This document shows, piece by piece, positions 54,166 to 64,000 of a stretch of 64,000 nucleotides of DNA. This stretch comes from Octopus vulgaris (taxonomy: Eukaryota): contig OX597820.1 of the NCBI GenBank assembly GCA_951406725.2, forward strand, positions 72,912,001 through 72,976,000, read 5' to 3'. Positions within the stretch are counted from its first letter, which is position 1; every line of letters begins with the position of its first letter. The position numbers and the translations under genes were made by a program. The notes beneath the pieces were generated by a model. It searched no databases. It worked only from the letters and a program-made list of their open reading frames with translations, and was not told the origin of the DNA.

Positions 54166-55715
54166 GACAGGCTTCCACTTAGTTTACATCAACTAAATTC
54201 ACTCACACGGCATTTGTTGGCATGGTGCAAAGATTGTTGCCGAAGGTGCTGCACAATAGGACTGAATCTGAAACCACATGACTACAAAGCGAGATTCTAT
54301 ACCGCATAGCCATGATTACGTCTGTATTTTTATTTATTTATTTATTCATTTATTCATTCATTTATTTACTTATTCGTGTACGATGTTCTATAGCTAAAGA
54401 AAGAAGTCAAACAATTTCATACATCACACTACACAGGTCACCGTTGTTTTCAACTTATATTCTACACACCATCTTTTCCGTCAAAGTTTTATATGTAAAA
54501 CACTTTCAGGTTTTTCTTTTGTTTCTTTTACAAAATATCTATTGTTTGTCCCAGGGCAAGCCTAAGTCATCACTCCTATGTCAAAGATGCTCCAATCCTG
54601 ACCTCACTGTTGTTTAAAAGTTATTTAGAAATACGCTATCTAATGTCTTTTTCATTTTAAATATGGTGGCGAGTGTTTTGGGAAAGATTTGTTCGCTATT
54701 TCTAGCTCTCGTAGACTCGTAGACTCGTAGACTCGTAGTTTTTCTTTAAATTATAAGTAATAGACTAATAAACATTCAAATCCCAATGGTTCAATGATTT
54801 TGATGCTTTTCGTTTAGTTTTAGAATCAAATCAATAAATTAATATCTAACACGAACTGTACTTTGAAATAAGATATACGAATGAAATTCGCATATACACT
54901 CATTACTTACTTTTCTGTCTTTGACCGCATTACTTATAAATGTCGTTACTTTCAGTGCTAGCTCTAAATTCAATAGAATATCTTCTGAGTAACACACACA
55001 CACACGCACGTACGCACGCACGCAGGCATGCACACACATACATACATATATACACATATATAAGAACAACAAGAATTTAGAATATTGCATCTTTATTTGA
55101 TGATTACACCATACAGAACCGACGATCAATTCTCTTGTGCCAGGATATTTCGATATAGAAAAAGGTTAAAAAAATATCAATCAGTCCAGTATATCCGAAA
55201 TCTATACTAACGAAATCTATACATAAAATACAAATGTTATGAAGGTGACCCATAATAGCTTGAATTTAAGGCGAACTGATACAAGAGCCATAATACAAGA
55301 ACGCAGACAAAACGAGCATGAAGAAGAAATATCATTGTCTAAGAAAAGTCAGTTTAGTATTAAAATTTACGATGACTTCGGCAGACAACTAAAGAATAAA
55401 AAAATTAACATAGAAATGCTACATCAAAGCATTTAGTTATTTAGCAATTTATGTATGCAACAAAAATCTTGAAAAATTTGCTTATTAGATTATAGGAAAA
55501 GTAAATATAATGATGATGTTATTTGCTATTGAAATATTTAAATGTTTTTCTATATTTATGAGACATTGCAACGGAAGATTGGTTCTAGAATTTAATAACC
55601 CTAATTTTCAAGTAACTATATAATATATTTCCTAATGATAAAGATCACATTCAAAATTACCGGTACTGTACGATGGCGCATAGCTTATAATAGACTGCTT
55701 CCTGTTATCCAACTC

Positions 55716-56100
55716 TTAAATACATTTACTAAGATTCGTAGAATTACATTTTCTCCTGAACTTAAATGAAGAAGAATTGTTATGTAATCTAAATGTCCAA
55801 ATAGCTGCGGAAGAAGCTATGCAATAATACGAACGATCTCCAGCAATTACCATACAATGATATACTATATTCTTTCTTAAACATTGATTTTCTAAGGGAC
55901 ATGTAAGTCTATTTTTGAAATTACAAAGGCGCTTATTCACTCCTATGTGGCACTCCTGTTTAAAGGAACAAGTACTAATTCTACTCCCAGAATTAGGTTC
56001 TAAAACAGATTATTAGTAGTATTATGATCAATACCGTTATTATATTTTATCTTAAAGACATTATCAATCACTGTTGGAATTAGTTTCGCCCAAAGTATCA
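55716..56100 (-). mobile_element. Decayed PLE GIY-YIG fragment (Naiad-like)
   Basis: CNFKNRLTCPLENQCLRKNIVYHC..YCIAS..RLHNNSSSF..STNLSKCI matches the pattern CNC...CPL...CL..IVY..YIG..NH..SF..STELSK. Confidence 0.7.
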
Positions 56101-56152
56101 AAAAGATACACACACACACACACACACGCACACACGCACACACACACACACA

Positions 56153-56195
<43 letters not shown>

Positions 56196-56634
56196 GCAAA
56201 CAAACGAACATGGATTCACTCACACACATATACATGTACCGAATAGGTAATATTTATTCCCACTTAAATGTCGATGTTCTCTTAGAACAAATTACTATGA
56301 GAGAGACTATTATACTGAGTTTTTTTTGGGGTTTTGGGGGTGTGTGTGCAAAATCCACTCTTGTTTAAATCGCCAACGGTGAGACAAATTCCTGCTACCT
56401 TCAGAACTGAGACTATCATATATATATATATATATATATATAAGCGTGATGCCTAAACCAATCAGCTCAACCAACCAATCAGCTTAAGTAATTGAGTGAT
56501 ACTACACACTGATTGGTCAGAATACAGTTTGCAAAACCTAGCACTCTGGAGCCTACCCAGCTGTATTTATAGCACAGAATCACTCATCTTGCTACAGTCA
56601 AAAATTGTGAAGCATGACTGTCAACACTACTACA

Positions 56635-56679
56635 TGAACCCGAAGATTGCAGAATTCAATGCATGAAAGTACTAGTTCA
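56635..56679 (+). ncRNA. Minimal type I hammerhead motif
   Basis: TGAAC CCGAAGA t TGCA gaattcaa TGCA t GAAA gtac TA GTTCA; palindromic AGTACT stem III; U4C variant. Confidence 0.7.
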
Positions 56680-56808
56680 ATCAGAATGAATATTTAACAT
56701 TCTACTATTTCATTTTATTTTATTCAATTATGATATATTATCTTATAATATATCATTATAAGATTGTAAATAAAACGTGAAAATCAGACAAGGTTGGAAT
56801 TCTTTTTA

Positions 56809-56844
<36 letters not shown>

Positions 56845-56845
<1 letters not shown>

Positions 56846-56972
56846 TAGCAGTATAACCCGGCCATGCCCGGGGTTAAGTTACGATTATTAAGCTAATCAA
56901 GTTCTTTATTTCAAACCAAACTAATATAGACGTCAAATTTGGGCGAAATCCGTTGAAATTAGTTATATTATT

Positions 56973-57036
<64 letters not shown>

Positions 57037-57848
57037 TATATATATATAATATAATATAAATATATATAGCCAACAGACACGAACACACATACACACACGT
57101 ACGTACACCTATTGCATGTTTTGTGCACGCATACATGTTCATAAACAGAAATGAATGGAAAAAATGTTTAACACTCGCACGATTTTCACTAAAGCATATA
57201 TACTATGATTATAAAATATAGTGTCTTTCAAAAACAAAATGCAAAACATTTTACATTTTATTTTTTATGAACGTCATAACTTACTCTCTCTCTCTCTCCC
57301 TCTCTCACTTTGTCTTTCCCATGAAACTCTCTGCCTCCTCCTTCCACATTTCTTTATCTTTTTTTTTTGTTAGACGCTGGCAAAAAAGCTAAGGCTGTTT
57401 ATGAACGCTGTCATTTACTCTGTCTCTGTCTCTCTCACTTTTATTTTAATTGTTTGTTTATTCATACGTTTCGTCTCATTCGATACCCTGACCCCAATGT
57501 TTGTTTTGTCTGTCCCCGTATTGTCCCCTCTTTTTCTCAACCTTATGGTGAATAAAAAAATACTCTCTCTCTCTCACTTAGTCTTTCCCGTGAAACTCTC
57601 TGCCTCCTTCTTCCACTTTTCTTTATCTTATTTTTTTTAGTTAGACGCCATAAAAAAAGCCGAGGCTGATATTTTTCGTAGCTAAAAGCTATGTCTGAAA
57701 ATAGATATTTACGCTACCCACGGGTGCCTCGGGAAAAAAAATAAGTTGACAAATGTCCTCCTAAAATTGGAGCGACATGCGTGCTAATTTGTGGACGTGC
57801 ATAAATTACAATCACGTACACACACACACATCCTCCCTTTTATAGATA

Positions 57849-57851
<3 letters not shown>
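56845..57851 (-). mobile_element. Non-autonomous Helitron
   Basis: Minus strand begins TC (57851) and ends with a GC hairpin cccgggcatggccggg about 8 nt before CTAG, followed by T. Internal ~105 bp duplication at 57295 and 57567. Confidence 0.75.
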
Positions 57852-57935
<84 letters not shown>

Positions 57936-57960
57936 TACAGATATATATATACATATATAT

Positions 57961-58290
57961 ATGAAGTGGTTCGACAGAGTGCCAAACATCGACCTGTGCA
58001 AAAAGGCCAACCAGGAGCCCATACATGTTCAGATTAGACGAAGGAAATGGAGATGGATCGGACGCACACTGAATGCAAACACGAACCCTCGAATGTTGAC
58101 TGGACCCGCAGGGGAAAAGGAAGCGAGGACACCCGAAACAGACATGGAAGCGGGGCATTTTGAACGAACTCAGGACCACCGGCCTGACATGGGAAGCAGC
58201 CAAGAAACATGACAATGACCGCAAAAAGTGGAAAACAACTGTTGAGGCCCTATGCTCCATAAGGAGCAAAAAGGATTAAGAAGAAGAAGA
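57961..58290 (+). mobile_element. RTE-group LINE 3' end with (AAG)n tail, between (TA)n tracts
   Basis: W.DRVPN.DL...IRRRKWRWIG.TL, WTPQGKRKRG.PKQTW, DRKKW...VEALC*. Confidence 0.85.
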
Positions 58291-58292
58291 TA

Positions 58293-58339
<47 letters not shown>

Positions 58340-58704
58340 GTACGCAATGTCTAATTTCTAGCAAGTTCAATATACAATACTTAACTATTACTATATTCAC
58401 GTATTTACTCACATATCTTCATCATCATCATCATCCTCTCTGTCATCATCAGGATCATCATCATCATCACTGTCATCATCAGGATCATCATCATCATCAC
58501 TATCATCATGAGGATCATCAACATCATCATCGTTGTCGATTTAGTCTCCTCTTTTCCAAGCTTGCATGGGTTGGGTAAAGTTTATTGGGGCAGACGTTTT
58601 ATGGCCAGATGCTCTTTTTGTCGTCAACCCTTACCTAACCTAAGGTTAGATATATATATACAACAGAATCCCTATATGTACATGTGGTCCTATCAAACAT
58701 GTAT

Positions 58705-58910
58705 GTTTTATTGTTCCTTATCTGTAACTCAATTGATCACCCTGGTTTCTCTACAGCCTTAATTATAAGTTTAGCGTCACAAAAAGATTTTCTAAGTATA
58801 CGGGCTAATTTTCCATTCGGTGTAACGTCTTGGAAAGCTCTTTGCGTCGCTAATCTTAAAATTAAGATTGTAGAGAAACCGGGAAGCTCTATAAGTCACA
58901 GGTAAGAACT
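58705..58910. repeat. ~200 bp imperfect palindrome (MITE-like)
   Basis: ggtttctctacagccttaattataagtttagcg pairs with cgctaatcttaaaattaagattgtagagaaacc. Confidence 0.75.
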
Positions 58911-60213
58911 ACACATCCCTTTCATAGAACCACATACACAAATTTTCCCGTAACTTTCGAGAATAAAATATTTGTTAGTCGCTTATGGTGAAAGCTGTCT
59001 ATTTTATCAAATGAGTGATTGTTTAGCCCCAGGTCAGACTTGATCAAGCAGATCTATGATCAAAGGCATTCCACACATGATCATCCCATTTTTATAATGA
59101 TATCTAGGGCTGTCATTGTCTAAAGTATCCTTCCATTTTTTTAAACGGTTGGATCATATTTGAGTGAGATTTGGTTGTTGTTTCTCTCAGATCTAGAGAC
59201 CACAGACTGTCTCCCACCATTAGCTCGTTATCAAATTTGTAGTTACTTTAAATCAACGAAAAACCTACACTTGAAGAAAATAGTGTAAAATTAGTCCAAT
59301 TTGTTAATTATTTTATAACTTTCCTGAATAATAATTAGTGTGATTTCATTGCTAGTCAGCTCATTAGTTTCACAGACACGTAGCTTATTCATTTATTTAT
59401 TTATTTATTCATTTATTAATTACACAAATGAACTGATCGCAGGTGTTGTACATGTCCATGATCAAAATATATTTTATATTAGCAAATAAAGGAGTTTATA
59501 TGAGGTTAATTAAATCTCCTTCAAATCACACCTTTAAAACGAGAAAGTACATATTTAGGCACAAGCGTCGCTCAGTCCCACTGCCTGGCTCCTTGGGCGA
59601 GTGTCTTCATTTCCAATCTCGGGCTAACCAAAGCCTTGTGAGTGGATTTGGTGGATAGAAACTGAAACAATCCCATCACATGTGTGTGCGTGCGTGCATA
59701 TGTGCATGAGCGTGTGCGTGCGTGTATATGCATGTGTGTATTTACTTGCCGTTCCAAAAAGTAGTCACCAAAACAGACCGAACGTGCAGTGAGCCGTGCT
59801 AAAACAACAGCATCTAAAAAGCTGCGCTCAATTGTCTCATTCCATAGTAAGATAGTGAGACAAAATTCGATGTAGAGGACTGTTACAACAGGTCCTTCGA
59901 TACGTTAGTTTTCGACTATATTGACTTGATTTTACACTCTTTCACGATTGCTCGTGTACAATATTGTATGTATATATTCTTGAAATTACCTAATTCGCAA
60001 ATAATGAGGAGTCTTTTTAAATATCTTCTCACTAACCCGGTTTCAATCGCATGTTATTTACGAAGCTTTTTCGGTAGCTTCGTAATGCTTGAATATTAAT
60101 ACAGTAAGGAGATGATAAGTCTTGTTTTGACTTTCTCCCTTAGAATAATCATATACATATGACCTCGAACCCACAAGAGTAAACAAGCGAGACAGAGACA
60201 GGCAGAAACAAGG

Positions 60214-60246
<33 letters not shown>

Positions 60247-60249
<3 letters not shown>

Positions 60250-60388
60250 ATTATATAGAAGGAGCTTCTACAGGACTAGAACTGTTTCATTCAAGAGAAA
60301 TCTTCAGGAAGCTCTTCAGAAATCTTCCTGAAGATTTCTCTTGAATGAAACAGTTCTAGTCCTGTAGAAGCTCCTTCTATATAATAAA
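60247..60388. repeat. Perfect 65-bp inverted repeat, 12-nt spacer, with a hammerhead in each arm
   Basis: 60247-60311 is the exact reverse complement of 60324-60388. Confidence 0.95.
60262..60314 (-). ncRNA. Type I hammerhead ribozyme, complete canonical core
   Basis: GAGCTTC CTGAAGA t TTC tctt GAA t GAA ACAG ttctagtc CTGT A GAAGCTC: stem I 7 bp, stem III 4 bp, GUA cleavage triplet. Confidence 0.85.
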
Positions 60389-60455
60389 TTAATTTTACTC
60401 TGCTATGTATTGAGTACCTTATTTACTGTGGTTAACCCCGAATCAACCCGGGACC

Positions 60456-60499
<44 letters not shown>

Positions 60500-60570
60500 C
60501 ATATATTGCGCTGAAGATAGAAGAAAATCAATCTATTTAAGATTTTACTCTTGAAATTAGCTAATTCGGA

Positions 60571-60765
60571 TTTTTTCAACAAATTTTATTCAACAAAAAC
60601 AGTAACATGTAAATCAAAACATATTTAAATGATTATTGCGGAGCATATTCACCATCTACTTCAATTACTGTTTCCCATTTGCTTGGCAGACGACCAGACC
60701 GTCATTTAAAGATGTTTTTGTTAAATATTGTTATTGTTTTTGTTGAATAAAATTTGTTGAAAAAA
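60571..60765. repeat. ~195 bp foldback with ~60 bp arms
   Basis: ttttttcaacaaattttattcaacaaaaaca pairs with tgtttttgttgaataaaatttgttgaaaaaa. Confidence 0.85.
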
Positions 60766-60800
60766 AGCAGCAATTATTATGCACCAACCCAATACATGCA

Positions 60801-60864
<64 letters not shown>

Positions 60865-61538
60865 ATTATTGATTTAATATATAAATCGCTATAAATTGTT
60901 TCTTTTTTCTATGCTGATTACTTGATAATTATCATTAACGCGATTTTTTTCCTTGTTTTATGCATATATAGTTAATAATTCTCGCATTGAAATTTTGGAC
61001 AGTAATGTTGTTGTTGATGATGATGCTGATGATGATGACGATGACGTTGCTACTTCCGACAGAAATCCAATCATTTTTGAATGTTTACACATTGATCCAC
61101 CCAAGAACCAATAATCAGACTCCTTTGAGATTCTCGGATGCAGTCTTTTGCTTCAAGAAGCCTATGATCGCATCAGTTTTCGTAGATTAAACCGAGCACA
61201 GTACTTGACTGGTACTTTATTTTAGCGACCCTTGAAGTATGAAAAGCAGGGTGATTTCGACAGAATTTCAACTCAGAACTTACTGCGTTAAAACCACATA
61301 CCATAAACCATTTTAAACATATATCATTTTTTTCTTTTATTCTTTTATTTGGTTCAGTCATTTGACTGCGGCCATGTTGGAGCACTACCTTTAGTGGAAC
61401 AAATCGAACTCAGAACTTATTCTTTGTACGCTTAGTATTTATTCTATCGATCTTTTTGCCGAACCGCTAAGTTTCGGGGACGTAAACACACTAACATCAG
61501 CTGTCAAGCGATGGTGGGAGAGAAACATAGACACAGAA

Positions 61539-61577
<39 letters not shown>

Positions 61578-61608
61578 CACATATATATATGCACACATAT
61601 ATATGTGA

Positions 61609-61830
61609 AGGCGGCGAGCTGGCAGAAACGTTAGCACGCCGGGCGATATGCGTTGCCGTATGTCGTCTGCCGTTACGTTCCGAGTTCAAATTCCGCCGAG
61701 GTCGACTTTGCCTTTCATCCTTCCGGGGTCGATAAATTAAGTACCAGTTACGCACTGGGTTCGATGTAATCGACTTAATCCCTTTGTCTGTCCTTGTCTG
61801 TCTCCTCTGTGCTTAGCCCCTTGTGGGTAG
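61609..61830 (+). mobile_element. SINE C nested in the microsatellite of a minus-strand SINE A (61330-61963)
   Basis: SINE A halves flank an intact SINE C. Confidence 0.8.
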
Positions 61831-62009
61831 TAAATAAATATATATATATGCACACATACATATATATATACAACGGGCTTCCTTCAGTTTCCGTCTACCA
61901 AATCCACTTACAAGGCTTTGTTCAACCCGAGGCTATAGTAGAAGACACTTGCCCAAGGTGCCTTAATTTTCCTCTTTAAAAGTCCCTAGCGACTGCAAAT
62001 AAGTATCTA

Positions 62010-62306
62010 TGGCACGTGACTTTGCAGTTAGGCGGGCTGCACTACGATCTGGAGATCGTGGTTTCGATTCCCAGACCGTTGCACGTTGTGTTCCTGTGCA
62101 AAACATATTATTCCACGTTGCTCTAGTCCACTTAGCTGTAAATGGATAAACACACAACGGGCTAGCCTGCCTTCTGATCAAGGGGAATGTCGGATTGCTA
62201 GTCTAACCAGCAGAGTGACATCATTCGAAAGCTAAAACAAAACGATGCAAAGCGCATTGTGACCAGCGAAGTCTAACATCTGATAGTCTGGTCGATCACG
62301 TGATCT
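62010..62306 (+). mobile_element. SINE family D (tRNA-like head); its 3' part recurs at 63858-63981
   Basis: B-box ggtttcgattccc; shared ccagcagagtg..gctaaaacaa..aagcgcattgtgacc tail. Confidence 0.65.
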
Positions 62307-63336
62307 ATGGTTATAACAGCGAGCAGGAATGACAGAACCTTTGGAGTGTCAAACTGCTGTATACTTTAAATCAATTCGCAACTAGAATGGTTTAGAAATA
62401 TTAAATTCGATCCAGTACTACAGTTCTTTATTAATATTTTATTTTATCGGATCCTAGAAAGAATAAAACACAAAGCTAACAACCTCAGCGAAATTTGAAC
62501 TCAGAGTGCAACTAAATTTGACAGGCATTTTGCTTGATTCTCTAACGATCTTAACAATAGTGTTCATGAAATTTATCTGACTAAATGACGACAGTTCTAT
62601 TATGTGTGTGTATTTATGTGTAAGAGATACGCCTTTTGAAAAACGTCAAATTTGATCGTATTCATTTTTATTCGACGCCTCAATATTGCTAATAAGTATT
62701 ATATTTGAAAACAATGACAAATGTTGCTGGGGGAAAAGCGCTAACAAAACCTCAATTAAACTATCAGATATTGCCATTTTTCTCTTAGCGACCTGACATT
62801 CACAGAAGTCAAGGCAGTAACATGGCTATCAATTGCCTTTTTTTTATGAGTCGGAGACGGCCAATACTCTTTAACCGTCTTTTCATCAAAGAATGTATTG
62901 AGAATTATTTCATCGCTCTGACAGCTTCATTATTTAACGTCTTTCACGTCACCTAAGAGAAATTTCTAGTTTATTATGGCAGAATTTCCAGTGGCAGCAA
63001 GCATCTTAATTAAACATTTTCATTGAATACGAGAAAAAGGAAAGGGGAAAGAAAAAAAATAAAAGCAAAGAACAAGGAAGAATAAAAACAAATAAAAATC
63101 TAATTGAATAGTTCACTGATTTCTTATTTTGCCTTACTATAAAATACGACACTATTTTGTTAAGGGAAGCAATAAAGCTTGTTAAATAGCTCCGGTTAAT
63201 CACCGGTATATGCATTTTTCTTTCTAAAAGATGAAATGCAATGTTTGCCTCTTGATAAATTCGCTGTAGATGCAGAATAGTAAAGTTAGCAAGACCTAGG
63301 GCTGACATTCTTTTTCGCTGTTGTGTTCTGATCGCA

Positions 63337-63655
<319 letters not shown>

Positions 63656-64000
63656 ATAGTTTTCACTAAATATGAGCCTAGGCAAAAGAAATGTACACGA
63701 ATTGAATTGCCTCAACGATCTCTCATATAATGACCGTAGTCAAGTTGTAGTCAACGTATCTATTGTAATGATGATCCTCTCCCCACCCTCACTGCACCAA
63801 CTTTTTCAGTTAAAATTACACTAGTAGTGAATATATATATATATATATATATATATAGGCCTGCTCGCTTAGCCAGCAGAGTGGCGTCATTTGAAGGCTA
63901 AAACAATGCGTGCGAAGCGCATTGTGACCAACGATGTGTAGCAACATCAGATAGCTTGGTCGGTCACGGTGATCACGGTGATATATATATATATATACAT

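Noticed and set aside
58420-58530. CCTGATGA motifs (minus) in a 30-bp His-like repeat
   Set aside because: Higher-order (CAT)n repeat; no GAAA or stems.

Overview
AT-rich, microsatellite-saturated eukaryotic DNA with no confidently identifiable intact host gene. The tRNA-derived SINE families resemble those I associate with octopus or other cephalopods (inference). Most ORFs in the track are microsatellite artefacts. Main content: (1) a near-intact Penelope-like retroelement (PLE; RT, Cys-rich linker, GIY-YIG, Neptune-like architecture) at 37.7-43.2 kb, with two ~1 kb direct pseudo-LTRs each carrying a non-canonical minimal hammerhead (HHR) motif; (2) an adjacent intronless, internally deleted IVD (isovaleryl-CoA dehydrogenase) retrocopy; (3) about ten further, mostly unrelated HHR-like motifs in short elements, most abutting (TA)n tracts, including two foldback elements with an HHR on each strand; (4) fragments of Tc1, maT/mariner, R4/Dong-like, HERO-like, RTE, CR1-like and Naiad-like elements, Helitrons, foldback MITEs and many SINEs. 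All RNA structures were read by eye, and boundaries of degenerate elements are approximate.
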